Notes under the pieces: model-generated
What the model was told of the DNA's origin: nothing
The model's database searches: none
Seen by the model: the letters and a program-made list of their open reading frames with translations, nothing else
Part shown: positions 7,012 to 17,716 of the stretch, one piece after another
Numbering within the stretch: position 1 is the stretch's first letter
Layout of the letters: every line of letters starts with the position of its first letter
Translations under genes and position numbers: made by a program
NCBI GenBank assembly: GCA_031378895.1
Contig: JANNEP010000011.1
Coordinates: 6,685 to 70,684 of the forward strand
From: Hyphomicrobium sp.
Lineage (GTDB): Bacteria > Pseudomonadota > Alphaproteobacteria > Rhizobiales > Hyphomicrobiaceae
Length of the DNA stretch: 64,000 nucleotides
Direction: 5' to 3'

Positions 7012-8180
7012 AGCCCTCGCCGCCGCGCCAGCACGCGGTCATACACAGCCAGCGTTTTCGATGTCAGATTGTCGAGCGTGAAGCGGGCGCGGACATGCTT
7101 GGCGCCGCGCGCGCCGCAGGCCTGTCGCTCGGCCTCAGACCACGACAGCATGGTCGCAATCGCATCGGCGAGCGCCTGTGGATCGGCATACGGCACGCGC
7201 AGGCCCGATGCCTCTGACAACGCCACATCGGGCGCCGTCAGAGCGACTTCGCGCCCTGGTCCCGTGTCGGAGACGATCATCGGCACGCCCATGGCCTGGC
7301 TTTCGATGGCCGCGCGCGGCAGTCCTTCCTGCTCGGATATATTCAGCGAAACGTCAGTGATGGTATACGCCGCCGCCATGTCGCGGACGTGGCCCGGGAA
7401 GCGTAATATCTGCGCGACGCCGAGCTTTGCGGCCTGCGCTTCAAGCTCAGCCTTGAATTCGGGTTTCTCGATTTCGCCCGCGAGCACGCAAACCACATCG
7501 CCACCGCCGCGCTGTTTCAATATCCCAAGCGCTGCGACGAGATGGTGCTGGGCCTTCCTCGGCGTGATGCGGCCGGCGAGCAGCAGTACCGGCTTGGCGC
7601 CGTCGGCGTCGAGCTGTTGGCGCACCGCCGCGATCCGCTCCGGCGTAACGCTTTCAGGATCAAACTTCGCTGGATCGAAGGCGCGATGAATGACGGCGAT
7701 GCGCTCCTCCGGCGTGCGATAGCGGGTGCGGATCAGGTGGGCCATGTAATCGGAGACGGCGATGACGGTGTCGCTGCGTGCCATGACGCTGTTGTACAAA
7801 TTCTTGATGCGGCCGCGTTCCGAGTATTCCGAGTGATACGTTGTGACGAAGGCAATGCCGGTCTTGCGGGCGGCAACCAGCGCACTCCAGGCCGGCGCCC
7901 GGCTGCGGGCATGGATGATCGAGACGCCTTCGCGGCGGATGATCTCACCCATACGCCGGGCGTTGAGGCCCAGTGTCACAGGATTTTTGCTGGCAACCGG
8001 CATCACAAGATGTTCGGCGCCGGCGGCCTTGAGGTTTTCGACCATCTGGCCACCCTCGGACGCGACGATCGCGCGATGGCCGGCCTTGACGAGCGCCTCG
8101 GCGATCTGCAAACAGCCGAGCTCAGCCCCGCCGGCACGCATGCGCGGAATGACTTGCAGCACGGTGATGGGCTCGGGCAC
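7008..8180 (-). CDS. Glycosyltransferase family 4
   Basis: VLQVIPRMRAGGAE, IHARSRAPAW, EGLPRAAIESQAMG; GTG start at 8180 preferred. Confidence 0.9.
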   Translation of the reverse strand: MPEPITVLQVIPRMRAGGAELGCLQIAEALVKAGHRAIVASEGGQMVENLKAAGAEHLVMPVASKNPVTLGLNARRMGEIIRREGVSIIHARSRAPAWSALVAARKTGIAFVTTYHSEYSERGRIKNLYNSVMARSDTVIAVSDYMAHLIRTRYRTPEERIAVIHRAFDPAKFDPESVTPERIAAVRQQLDADGAKPVLLLAGRITPRKAQHHLVAALGILKQRGGGDVVCVLAGEIEKPEFKAELEAQAAKLGVAQILRFPGHVRDMAAAYTITDVSLNISEQEGLPRAAIESQAMGVPMIVSDTGPGREVALTAPDVALSEASGLRVPYADPQALADAIATMLSWSEAERQACGARGAKHVRARFTLDNLTSKTLAVYDRVLARRRGL

Positions 8181-8243
8181 TATTGTTCCGTATTCAATAG
8201 AAATTTCCCCTAAATCGCTGGGGTACGTGCGAGGTTCTATACG

Positions 8244-9029
8244 GTGCGAGGCGGCCAACCGCAAACCTTGATCGTCGGAGACGGCGCAAGTGCCCGCCCC
8301 ATCGCCTACGTCTCGGACGCCGCCAAAATGTCTGCTCACACGAGTCTGTTCTGGCTTTCGGGCTTCATGTCCGACATGGCCTCGACCAAAGCCGCGGCCG
8401 TTGCGGCCTGGGCGGCGGCGCGCGGCACGGGGTGCACGCGCTTCGATTATTCCGGCCACGGCGCCTCAGGCGGTGACTTCGCCCAAGGTACCATTGGCCG
8501 CTGGCTTGAGGAGTCAGCTGCTGTTTTCACTAAAGCGACGACGGGTCCGCAGGTCCTCATCGGCTCGAGCATGGGCGGGCACATCGCGCTTATATTGCTC
8601 CGCAAGCTGATGCGCGACGCGCCGCGCGAAGCCTCGCGCATCAAAGGTCTCGTGCTGATCGCGCCGGCCTGGGACATGACGGAGGAACTGATGTGGAAGA
8701 AATTCTCAGGCGGCGTCCAGCGCGAGATTATGGAGCACGGATTTCATCTCCGGCCCTCGGCCTATGCGAGCCCGTACACGATCACGCGGGCGCTGATCGA
8801 GGATGGCCGCCAGCATTTGCTGGCGCGTATACCGTTCGATCCCGGCCGTCCGGTGATCATTCTTCAAGGCTTGCAGGACCCCGACGTGCCGGCCGCCCAC
8901 ACCCGCGAACTCACAACGTTCCTCACCGGCGGACATGTGACGCTCATTGAAATTCCCGACGGCGAGCATCGCCTGTCACGGTCAGAGGATCTCGACAAGC
9001 TGTTTGCAGCGTTAAAAACCCTGATCTGA
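8244..9029 (+). CDS. Alpha/beta hydrolase
   Basis: GFMSDMASTKA, RFDYSGHG, GSSMGG nucleophile elbow, DGEHRLSR. Confidence 0.9.
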   Translation: MRGGQPQTLIVGDGASARPIAYVSDAAKMSAHTSLFWLSGFMSDMASTKAAAVAAWAAARGTGCTRFDYSGHGASGGDFAQGTIGRWLEESAAVFTKATTGPQVLIGSSMGGHIALILLRKLMRDAPREASRIKGLVLIAPAWDMTEELMWKKFSGGVQREIMEHGFHLRPSAYASPYTITRALIEDGRQHLLARIPFDPGRPVIILQGLQDPDVPAAHTRELTTFLTGGHVTLIEIPDGEHRLSRSEDLDKLFAALKTLI

Positions 9030-9032
9030 GCT

Positions 9033-9965
9033 CTATTTATCGGTGTCGCGCGTGATGTCGTCTTCGAGCAGGCCGAAAGCAACGGCATCTTCGATCATGG
9101 TAACTCCGGCGGTTCGCGCCGTCTCTTCGGGCACGATCCAGATGCGGTGATCGGGTGCGGAGACCGGATTTTCGCAAATCAAATCGCCTTCGCTGACGCT
9201 GCACGTCTCATCGGCGCTGATATCGGTCGCTTCACGCTTGATCGCTGTACTGGCGCCAACTTCGATGACTTCAAGGGTCGCGCCCGTCTTGAGTGCGACA
9301 TCGCGGAAGATGCAGCCTGACATGTTTTTGCACGCGGTTGCGCCGATATCCGAGGTGCTTTTGAGGGCGACGGCCTCGGTGCGTGAAATTTTCCGCGCTG
9401 GCGTATCTAACCCGGTCGACACGTAGCAAACTTCGCCGAGGCAAATAATAGGATCGGGCGGCGCCGGTTCCGGACCGCTTGTCTCATGCGCCGGTTCAAT
9501 CACGAGGAGCACCGTCGCGCGTGGCGATGTCTTCGCCGTCTGGGGCACCGCGCCGGGTTTGTCGTCAACCTTGGCCTCGACGCGCGGCGGTGACGGTGGC
9601 GCGGCGGTTGGTGGATGAGCTGTAGGTGGCGCTTCGGCCTTGACGGCAGGTTTGTTTTCGAGCGCCGGAGCAGCCACCGCCGGCGTCTGAGGCGGTAGCA
9701 CCGACGCCGCCTCTGCTGCCGGGGGGGCCACTTTTACCGGCGGTGCCGTAGGGCTGCGGCTGGCCGCCTCGGCACGCGCCCGCTTCAGCATTTCCATTTC
9801 ATAATCGAGGCTGGGCCGCGCCGGCTTTGTGGCTGACTGTTCGCCTTGCGAAAACTTGTTAGCTAGTGCATGCGCCGGGTCCTTTGGCGGCGTCGGCTCC
9901 GCGGCCACGGCTGTGCTCAAACAGAGCACCGCCCCTGCAATCCAAACCGGCAAACGTCCCCGCAT
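9033..9965 (-). CDS. Hypothetical exported protein, Pro/Ala-rich linker plus Cys-containing C-terminal domain
   Basis: Signal-peptide-like start MRGRLPVWIAGAVLCLSTAVAA; six Cys in the C-terminal half. Confidence 0.7.
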   Translation of the reverse strand: MRGRLPVWIAGAVLCLSTAVAAEPTPPKDPAHALANKFSQGEQSATKPARPSLDYEMEMLKRARAEAASRSPTAPPVKVAPPAAEAASVLPPQTPAVAAPALENKPAVKAEAPPTAHPPTAAPPSPPRVEAKVDDKPGAVPQTAKTSPRATVLLVIEPAHETSGPEPAPPDPIICLGEVCYVSTGLDTPARKISRTEAVALKSTSDIGATACKNMSGCIFRDVALKTGATLEVIEVGASTAIKREATDISADETCSVSEGDLICENPVSAPDHRIWIVPEETARTAGVTMIEDAVAFGLLEDDITRDTDK

Positions 9966-10086
9966 ATAATCCTCGTGAAGCCGCACAAAATCGCGCACTA
10001 AGTTTTCGCTTCGTCCAGATACGCAGGACATTGATCCGAGCATTCGGGCGGAAAGGCGGACAACCGCTACCGCCCCCGTGCAAATG

Positions 10087-10956
10087 TCACCGGTTTTGCC
10101 CGGCGAGCGCCCTCAGGCCCTCCCGGAATGAGGGATAGGCCAACCGCACGCCAAGCTCAGCCTTCATGCGCGCGTTCGAGACCCTCTTGCTCTCGGAATA
10201 GAAGCTCCGGCCCATGGGCGACAGGGTGGCGGTCGCAAACTCGATATCCGGCGGACAGGGAAGTCCTAGCAGTTGCGCCCCAAAGGCGACCACGTCCTGC
10301 GGCGGCGCGGGTTCGTCGTCGGTCAGATTGTAGACGCGGCTGCTGAAAGGCGCGGTCATCGCAGCGTCGACGCCCGAGGCGATATCGTCGACGTGAATGC
10401 GGTTGAACACCTGCCCCGGCTTGATGAGCCGCCGCGCGGTTCCAGCCCGCAGATCGCCGATCGTGCTGCGCCCCGGACCATAGATACCTGGCAGTCTAAA
10501 AATCATCACGCGCTTGCCGGTGACGCGGCCAAGCGCGAGCCAGGCATTCTCGGCGTCGAGCCGCCGCTGGCCACGGTCCGATCCGGGCTTTGGTTCCGTG
10601 TTCTCATCGACCCATCCGCCCTGGGTGTCGCCGTAGACGCCGACGGTCGAGAAATAACCGATCCACGCGACGCTGCGGCTTTTTGAGAGCTCGTCTCCAT
10701 GACAGCGCAGCGCCGGATCACCGGAAACTTCAGGAGGGATGGACAGCAAAACATGCGTCGCCTCGTTGAGCGCGGCGGTGACCCCCGGGCTTGGCGCCCC
10801 GCCATTGAAAATGAAACCGCGATAGCCTTGCGCGTTCAAACGCGCCGCGCCGGCAGCCGATGTCGCCGTGCCCGAAATCATCCAGCCGCGCGCCTTGAGA
10901 CGTGTTGCGAGCACACCGGCGCTGTAGCCCAATCCGAAGCAGAACAGGTGGCTCAC
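10087..10956 (-). CDS. Atypical SDR / NAD-dependent epimerase (YeeZ-like)
   Basis: FCFGLGYSA, STVGVYGD, RLPGIYGPGR, NRIHVDDIA; GTG start. Confidence 0.88.
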   Translation of the reverse strand: MSHLFCFGLGYSAGVLATRLKARGWMISGTATSAAGAARLNAQGYRGFIFNGGAPSPGVTAALNEATHVLLSIPPEVSGDPALRCHGDELSKSRSVAWIGYFSTVGVYGDTQGGWVDENTEPKPGSDRGQRRLDAENAWLALGRVTGKRVMIFRLPGIYGPGRSTIGDLRAGTARRLIKPGQVFNRIHVDDIASGVDAAMTAPFSSRVYNLTDDEPAPPQDVVAFGAQLLGLPCPPDIEFATATLSPMGRSFYSESKRVSNARMKAELGVRLAYPSFREGLRALAGQNR

Positions 10957-12122
10957 GGCGAAGTCCCTTGATGGCCGCTGAACCATTCAGCGGCAACGTC
11001 GGGATCCCTCTCTAGCGGCTCGGACACGGCCCGCAAGCGCGCGATTTGCGCAGTGTCACCAAGGCGCCTGAGCGCCCATACCGCCATGGCCCGCACCAGG
11101 GGTGAATCATCGCTCAAGCGTTCTGTCACGCGTAGAAGAAGTGCTGCATCGCCGGAGTTACCAGCCGCGATCAGGGCGTTGCGCACGACCCTATTGCGGC
11201 CGGTGCGTTTGATCGGCGTCCCCGCAAAGCGAGCGCGAAATTCAGCGTCATCAAGGGCCAGCAGGTCTGCGAGAGGCGGATTGTCAGTGTCCGCGCCGCC
11301 TGCAAATTTTGCTTCGCGCGACGCCGCCGCAAACTTGTTCCACGGGCAGACAGCTAAGCAATCGTCGCAGCCGAACACGCGGTTGCCCATCGCAACCCGA
11401 AACTCTGGCGCAATATGCCCCTTGTGCTCGATCGACAGGTAAGCGAGGCAGCGCCGCGCGTCGAGCTGGTAGGGCGCCGGAAAAGCCCGTGTCGGACAGA
11501 CGTCGAGGCAGCGCTGGCACGAGCCGCAATGATCGGCCTCAGGCTCATCAGCCGGCAGCTCAGCCGTCGTCAGGATGGCGCCGAGGAACAGCCATGACCC
11601 GTGCGACCGCGACACCAGGTTGGTGTGCTTGCCCTGCCAGCCGAGGCCCGCCGTAGCGGCGAGCGGCTTTTCCATCAGCGGCGCCGTATCAACGAAAACT
11701 TTGACGTCCGCTCCAGAGGCCGCCGCGAAGCGCTGCGCCAGCTCCGTGATCTTGGCTTTGAGGACGTCGTGATAGTCGCGTCCTTTGGCATAGACCGAGA
11801 TCACGCTACGCGACGCCTCCTGTAAAGCCTGCATCGGATCGTACTGAGGCGCATAGGACAAGCCGACCATGATCGCCGAACGAGCTTCCGGCCACAGCAC
11901 GCGCGGATCGGCGCGGCGCTCCGCCGTCGTTTGCATCCAGCTCATATCGCCGTGGCGGCCATCGCTGAGAAAAGCGTAGAGCCGTGCGCCTGCTTCCGTC
12001 ACCGTATCTAGCCGGGTCACGCCCATGGTATCGAGCCCAAGTCTGCGGGCTTCGTTGGCGAGCAAGAGTTTGAGATCGGCTGTGGCATCAACTACGACGG
12101 ACACGATACGCTCGCCTGTCAT
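10953..12122 (-). CDS. queG: Epoxyqueuosine reductase
   Basis: FVDTAPLMEK, GWQGKHTNL, CGSCQRCLDVCPT, FGCDDCLAVCPWN; HEAT-like tail. Confidence 0.95.
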   Translation of the reverse strand: MTGERIVSVVVDATADLKLLLANEARRLGLDTMGVTRLDTVTEAGARLYAFLSDGRHGDMSWMQTTAERRADPRVLWPEARSAIMVGLSYAPQYDPMQALQEASRSVISVYAKGRDYHDVLKAKITELAQRFAAASGADVKVFVDTAPLMEKPLAATAGLGWQGKHTNLVSRSHGSWLFLGAILTTAELPADEPEADHCGSCQRCLDVCPTRAFPAPYQLDARRCLAYLSIEHKGHIAPEFRVAMGNRVFGCDDCLAVCPWNKFAAASREAKFAGGADTDNPPLADLLALDDAEFRARFAGTPIKRTGRNRVVRNALIAAGNSGDAALLLRVTERLSDDSPLVRAMAVWALRRLGDTAQIARLRAVSEPLERDPDVAAEWFSGHQGTSP

Positions 12123-12827
12123 TTAGAAATCAAGATCGGCGTAGGCCAGAGGTGGCGGCGTACCCGGCACCCGATCGGCCAACACCGTGCGGAACGCCGG
12201 ACGGGACTTGACCCGGCTGTACCACGTCTTGGCCGCCGGGTATTCGTTCCACGGCATTTCGCCGAGGTAGTCGATAGTCGAGAAATGCGCCGCTGCCGCA
12301 AAATCCGCAAAGCTCATGTCGTCACCCGCAAGCCAGCGCCGGGCATCGGCGAGATAGCTGACATACGACAGGTGATATCTCAGGTTGGCTCTGACGGCGC
12401 GCAGGATCTCGGCATCGGGTGCCGCGCCGCCTGTTGGGCGCATGCGCTGATAGACCTTTTCGTAGAGCAGTTCGCGCGTCACCTCGCGGTCGAGCTTACC
12501 ATGGAACCAGTCGACGAGACGGCGAACCTCGGCGCGGTCTTCGCGGTTGCCCGGAATTAGTGGCGGCGGCTTGATGGTCATGTGCGGGGGCGTGGCCTGG
12601 ACTTCTTCGGCGATAAACTCCGCAATCGAATAAGCGCCGCAGAGCGTCAAACCATTTTCGAATTCGAGCACCGGCAGTTCGCCGGCCGGGTTCTTGGCGA
12701 GAAACCCTTGCCGCCACTCCCAGGGATTTTCATCCCACAGCGTCACATCGAGACCGTACTCCGCCAGCGCCAGGCGCACGGAACGCGACCGCGGGCAGAG
12801 CCTGTATTGGGTCAGTTTGCTGGTCAT
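12123..12827 (-). CDS. fzlA: FtsZ-binding GST-like protein FzlA
   Basis: GST fold (SRSVRLALAEYG, NPAGELPVL, WYSRVKSRPAFR), C-terminal YADLDF, queG/uppP synteny. Confidence 0.8.
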   Translation of the reverse strand: MTSKLTQYRLCPRSRSVRLALAEYGLDVTLWDENPWEWRQGFLAKNPAGELPVLEFENGLTLCGAYSIAEFIAEEVQATPPHMTIKPPPLIPGNREDRAEVRRLVDWFHGKLDREVTRELLYEKVYQRMRPTGGAAPDAEILRAVRANLRYHLSYVSYLADARRWLAGDDMSFADFAAAAHFSTIDYLGEMPWNEYPAAKTWYSRVKSRPAFRTVLADRVPGTPPPLAYADLDF

Positions 12828-12973
12828 ACGGCCTTCATCCTGCTGCTTTAGGTACTATACAGGTCGTGATTATGATTCGTTGGCTATGCATAGCGTCAGC
12901 TAACGGGTTTGCAGGCAAATTTTGCTAACGCTTCCCCTGGGTTTGGGGCCGCCGCTCCCGAGAGAACCGAAAA

Positions 12974-13771
12974 ATGCAGACTTGGCACGTGATCCTACTC
13001 GGTTTGATCGAGGGGCTCACAGAATACCTGCCCGTCTCATCGACGGCCCACCTCCTGCTCGCCGAGCGCCTGCTCGGCGTGTCCTCACCTGGGCGCACAT
13101 TCGAAGTCCTGATCCAGCTCGGGGCGATCCTGGCTTTGCTCACAGTTTATGCTGGCAAGCTCTGGCACATGGCCCGCAGTCTGCCGAGCGATAAGCGGAC
13201 GCAGAAGTTCGTGGCCGGTGTGCTTCTCGCCTTTCTGCCTGCGGCCATCATCGGCGCGCTTGGGCACTCCATCATCAAGGGTGTGCTGTTTGAATCACCG
13301 CTCCTTATTTGTATCACTCTGGTGACCGGAGGCATCATCTTGCTGGTCGTCGATAAAATGGAATTGACGCCGCGTTACCATGAAATCATGGACATCACAC
13401 CGGCGACCGCGCTCAAGATCGGGCTGTTCCAGTGCTTGGCGCTGGTCCCGGGCGTGTCGCGCTCGGGGTCGACGATTGTCGGCTCGATGCTGCTCGGCGC
13501 CGACAAGCGCACGGCGGCTGAGTTCTCGTTTTTCTTAGCCATGCCGACCATGGCCGGCGCTTTCGCCTTCGATCTCTATAAAAACTGGGCGTTGCTTTCG
13601 CCCGGGGACGTGACCCATATTGCGCTGGGGTTTGCAGCAGCCTTCACCGCTGGCGTCGTGGTGGTGCGCACGGTGCTCGACTTCATTTCCGCGCGCGGCC
13701 TGTCATTTTTTGGCTGGTGGCGAATTCTTGTCGGCGGCGTTGGTCTCGGCGTGCTTGCCGTGCTGGGTTAA
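12974..13771 (+). CDS. uppP: Undecaprenyl-diphosphate phosphatase
   Basis: [27 protein letters not shown]. Confidence 0.96.
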   Translation: MQTWHVILLGLIEGLTEYLPVSSTAHLLLAERLLGVSSPGRTFEVLIQLGAILALLTVYAGKLWHMARSLPSDKRTQKFVAGVLLAFLPAAIIGALGHSIIKGVLFESPLLICITLVTGGIILLVVDKMELTPRYHEIMDITPATALKIGLFQCLALVPGVSRSGSTIVGSMLLGADKRTAAEFSFFLAMPTMAGAFAFDLYKNWALLSPGDVTHIALGFAAAFTAGVVVVRTVLDFISARGLSFFGWWRILVGGVGLGVLAVLG

Positions 13772-14232
13772 GCCGCGTGGGATGTCAGCGGCGACGTTAA
13801 AACGCGGCGCAGTCCATCTGCATCCTTGGCGGCGCGGAGATGGTCGAGCATTGCCGGATCGCGCACCAGGCGTGAAATCCGCGCCAGGGCCTTCAGGTGG
13901 TCGCCACCGGCATGTTCGGGCGCCATGAGGAAAAACAATAGATCCACCGGCTCGCCGTCATGACTGTCGAAGGCGATAGCGCGTTCGAGCCGGGCGAAAA
14001 TACAGGTGATGGTTTTCACCGACGCCAACTTGATGTGGGGGATGGCGATGCCACGGCCGAGACTGGTTGAACTCAAGCGTTCGCGCTGCAGTAAAGCATT
14101 GAACACATCGTGGGCGTTGACGCCGGTTGCAACTGCAGCCCGGTTCGCAAGTTCCTGCAGCGCCTGCTTCTTGTCGTCGGCCTTGAGGGCAGAAATGATG
14201 CCATCCTTGGCGAGTATATCCCCGATATTCAT
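13768..14232 (-). CDS. ptsN: PTS EIIA(Ntr)
   Basis: [38 protein letters not shown]. Confidence 0.94.
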   Translation of the reverse strand: MNIGDILAKDGIISALKADDKKQALQELANRAAVATGVNAHDVFNALLQRERLSSTSLGRGIAIPHIKLASVKTITCIFARLERAIAFDSHDGEPVDLLFFLMAPEHAGGDHLKALARISRLVRDPAMLDHLRAAKDADGLRRVLTSPLTSHAA

Positions 14233-14361
14233 GTCTGACTTATCCACTCTATAATGACCGCTCTTTAAAGGCATCCAGCGCCGCGCCCGGTAATCTCACT
14301 GCAGCAGCGCTTCTTGCCTGCTCACCCGCAAACCCTAGAAATAGCTGACGCCCAACATCAC

Positions 14362-14964
14362 CTATACTGCGCCGTTGATGCGTCCTTTTGCAGACGTTTC
14401 GGCGTCGATCCAGCCAATATTTCCATCGGCGCGGCGATAGACGACATTCAAGCCGCCGTGCGCCGCGTTGTGGAAGATCATGAAGGGCGCCTCTGACACG
14501 TCGAGCTGCATAACGGCTTCGCTCACGGTCAATTCGACGATATTGCGTTCGCTCTCGGCGATGATAAGCGGATGTGCCTCGGCTTGATCGTCCGTCTCAT
14601 CTTGACCGACGCTGACAACATAGTCAGGCGCATCGATGCCACCTTTGCGCCGGCTTGCGGCAGCTGCTGTCGAATGACCCTTCAGCCGGCCTTTGTAGCG
14701 GCGCACGCGCGACTCAAGCCGGTGTACGGCCGCGTCGGCGCTTGAGTAGGCGTCGCCGCCTTCGCCATGGGCTTCAATGAGCAAACCGCTCGCGAGTTTT
14801 ACCGAGCAATTCGTCTTGAAGATGCCGCGTTCCTTTTCGAGCCGGATGTGGCTGTCCACCTCCCGGGCCAGATATTTTTGCAGAATGGTGCGGATTTTAT
14901 CTCCGACGTAGGACGTGTAAGCGTCACCTGCGTCAACGTTCTTACCGGTAACTTGTATGCTCAT
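14362..14964 (-). CDS. hpf: Ribosome hibernation promoting factor (long HPF)
   Basis: IQVTGKNVDAG...LESRVRRYKGRLK...LTVSEAVMQLD...NVVYRRADGNIGWID; between rpoN and ptsN. Confidence 0.94.
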   Translation of the reverse strand: MSIQVTGKNVDAGDAYTSYVGDKIRTILQKYLAREVDSHIRLEKERGIFKTNCSVKLASGLLIEAHGEGGDAYSSADAAVHRLESRVRRYKGRLKGHSTAAAASRRKGGIDAPDYVVSVGQDETDDQAEAHPLIIAESERNIVELTVSEAVMQLDVSEAPFMIFHNAAHGGLNVVYRRADGNIGWIDAETSAKGRINGAV

Positions 14965-15203
14965 AATCTTACCTGCTTCCCGGTCATCACCATCGCCAAG
15001 CCTGCGACGAATTCCAAGCCTTGCAAATTCTGATCCGCAACGGCCACACCACGCAAATATTCAAAGCCATTTCCGGCATCTGATTTCGCTCCACACTGTG
15101 TCAAGCGTTAGGCATTTCGCGGGGGCCTGTCAAATCACGGATGGGGCAACGGTGTGAACAAAAAAATCTTTTAATTTTAGCTAGTTACCTCGCCTTTGCC
15201 GCG

Positions 15204-16733
15204 TTATATTACGCCGCCCAAGCGTTCAACGAGCCGCTTGTCGCGACGGCGCTGGACGGACGATGGAATGCGCATGGCCTCGCGATATTTGGCAACCGTG
15301 CGGCGCGCAATGCCGACGCCTTCACCTTTGAGACGGTCGACGAGCTGATCATCCGATAGAACATCGCCGGCGCGTTCGCCGTCAATCAACTGTTTGATGC
15401 GATACCGCACCGACTCTGAGGAATGCGATTCACCATCCAACGATGACGCGATCGCCGACGTGAAGAAATACTTGAGTTCGAAAATGCCGCGCGGCGTCGA
15501 GATGTATTTGTTCGACGTGACGCGCGAGACCGTCGATTCGTGCATCGAAATGGCTTCGGCAATCGTCTTTAAATTGAGCGGCCGTAGATGCTGGACGCCG
15601 TGCATGAAGAACCCGTCCTGCTGGCGCACAATCTGCTCTGAGACGCGCAGGATGGTGCGGGCGCGTTGGTCGAGGCTTTTCACCAGCCAGTTCGCCGTCT
15701 GCAGGCATTCGAGCAGATAACCTTTGTCCTTTTCGTTCGATGCGGTCTTGTGAATGCGGGTGTAGTAGGTGCTGTTGACGAGAACGCGGGGAAGCGTGTC
15801 GCTGTTGAGTTCGACGTGCCAGCCGCCATCGGAGGCAGCACGGACGATGACATCCGGCACTACTGGCTGCATTTGCACCGACCCGAACTTGAGGCCCGGT
15901 TTAGGATTAAGCCGTTTGATCTCCTGGATCATCTCCGCGAGCTCGTCCATGTCGTTGCCGACTGCTTTTTTGAGCGCGCCTAGATTGCGGTTGGCGAGCA
16001 GATCCAGGTTTCCCAGCAGCCGCGCCATGAGCGGGTCGTAGCGGTTTTGATCTTTGAGCTGCAGCGCCAGGCATTCCGCCAACGAGCGGGCGAAGACGCC
16101 AGGCGGATCGAAGGTTTGGAGTTTCGCCAAAACGGCTTCGACGAAGTCAAGAGGTGCGCCAAGCTTGTCCGCGACACTTTCCAGGTTCGCCTGAATGTAT
16201 CCGGCTTCATCCACGAGATCGATCAGATACTGGCCAATGAGGCGTTCGCCCGGTACCTCGATCGCCAGCGGCAACTGCGCGGTCAAATGATCGCGCAGGG
16301 AAACGTCGTTGGCGACATAGGATTCGAGGCTTTGGTCGTCATCGCCGCCGCCGCTGTGCATGCGTTGCGTCACGCCAGCCCAGCTAAAGCCGCTTACGGC
16401 GCCGCCGGCATCCGGCTCGCCGGTTCCGGGCTCTTGAAAGACGTTGCCGAAATCGGCATCCAGCCCGCCCGCGTGATCTTCAATAGGCTTGCGCAAATCG
16501 AGCCAGGGTTCGTCTGCCGCATCGCTGCCACCTTCGCGCAACGTCTCTTCGGCGGTCTTAGCTGGCTGAGAATTCTCCTCGCGCTCGAGCAGCGGATTGC
16601 GCTCAAGCTCGCCGTCGACGAATTCGGCCAATTCCATATTGGACAGCTGCAAAAGACGGATGGCCTGCTGCAGCTGTGGTGTCATCACCAGCTGCTGGCC
16701 CTGCCTCAACTCTAATCTTGCTGAAAGCGCCAT
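15204..16733 (-). CDS. rpoN: RNA polymerase sigma-54 factor
   Basis: MTPQLQQAIRLLQLS, MHESTVSRV, RpoN box ARRTVAKYRE. Confidence 0.99.
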   Translation of the reverse strand: MALSARLELRQGQQLVMTPQLQQAIRLLQLSNMELAEFVDGELERNPLLEREENSQPAKTAEETLREGGSDAADEPWLDLRKPIEDHAGGLDADFGNVFQEPGTGEPDAGGAVSGFSWAGVTQRMHSGGGDDDQSLESYVANDVSLRDHLTAQLPLAIEVPGERLIGQYLIDLVDEAGYIQANLESVADKLGAPLDFVEAVLAKLQTFDPPGVFARSLAECLALQLKDQNRYDPLMARLLGNLDLLANRNLGALKKAVGNDMDELAEMIQEIKRLNPKPGLKFGSVQMQPVVPDVIVRAASDGGWHVELNSDTLPRVLVNSTYYTRIHKTASNEKDKGYLLECLQTANWLVKSLDQRARTILRVSEQIVRQQDGFFMHGVQHLRPLNLKTIAEAISMHESTVSRVTSNKYISTPRGIFELKYFFTSAIASSLDGESHSSESVRYRIKQLIDGERAGDVLSDDQLVDRLKGEGVGIARRTVAKYREAMRIPSSVQRRRDKRLVERLGGVI

Positions 16734-16779
16734 GCGCTAACCTGCTGCCCCGTGGGTTAATCCCTGCGGCCAGCTATAC

Positions 16780-17646
16780 TCAACGCCCGTTAACGAACAT
16801 ATCCCCGAGATATACGCGCCGCACGTCTTCATTGGCTATGATTTCCGAAGGCTTACCTTGTGTCAGAACTTGACCATCATAGATGATGTAGGCGCGGTCT
16901 ATGAGACTTAATGTTTCGCGAACGTTGTGGTCGGTAATCAACACCCCGATGCCGCGCTCGGTCAGATGCCGCACAAGTTGCTGAATATCGCCGACGGCGA
17001 TGGGGTCGATGCCGGCAAACGGCTCGTCCAACAGCATAAATGACGGCCGGGAGGCCAGCGAGCGGGCGATTTCGCAGCGCCGCCGTTCGCCACCCGACAG
17101 CGCCATCGATGGCGATTTTCTGAGCCGCGTGATGGAAAATTCCTCAAGCAGGCTATCGAGCTGCTCCTTGCGCGCTTTTTTATCCGGCTCGACGAGTTCG
17201 AGCACGGCCATGATGTTTTGTTCGACCGTCAAGCCACGGAAGATCGATGCTTCTTGTGGCAGGTAGCCGATACCGAGGCGGGCCCGCTGGTACATCGGCA
17301 GCGGCGTGACGTTCTCGCCGTCGATTGTGATGCGCCCTGCTTCGGCGGCAACGAGGCCGGTGATCATATAAAACACGGTCGTCTTGCCGGCACCGTTGGG
17401 GCCGAGAAGCCCGACCGATTCACCACGCCCAACCGCTAGGCTGACGCCTTTGACAACGGTGCGCTTGCCATAAGATTTCTTGATGTCGAACGCCGTCAGC
17501 CAACCCTCGGCGCCGATGGCGTGCGGGTCGTCGGGCTCGCCGCTTTGGCTCCGCTGCCGGCCAGCCACCTGCGAGCGCGGTTCGCCTTGGGAGCGGACTG
17601 CGGCCGCAGCGTTGGACTTTGCCCAGAAGGGAAGCGCTTTGAACAC
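16780..17646 (-). CDS. lptB: LPS export ABC transporter ATPase
   Basis: GPNGAGKTT, LSGGERRRCEIAR, LLDEPFAGIDP, ITDHNVRETL. Confidence 0.97.
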   Translation of the reverse strand: MFKALPFWAKSNAAAAVRSQGEPRSQVAGRQRSQSGEPDDPHAIGAEGWLTAFDIKKSYGKRTVVKGVSLAVGRGESVGLLGPNGAGKTTVFYMITGLVAAEAGRITIDGENVTPLPMYQRARLGIGYLPQEASIFRGLTVEQNIMAVLELVEPDKKARKEQLDSLLEEFSITRLRKSPSMALSGGERRRCEIARSLASRPSFMLLDEPFAGIDPIAVGDIQQLVRHLTERGIGVLITDHNVRETLSLIDRAYIIYDGQVLTQGKPSEIIANEDVRRVYLGDMFVNGR

Positions 17647-17716
17647 CGGTGCCTCTTAAACCCACTCACGCGTTACCCTCGACGGGGCTCTTGTAACCTG
17701 CCGCAAACCTTATTGT

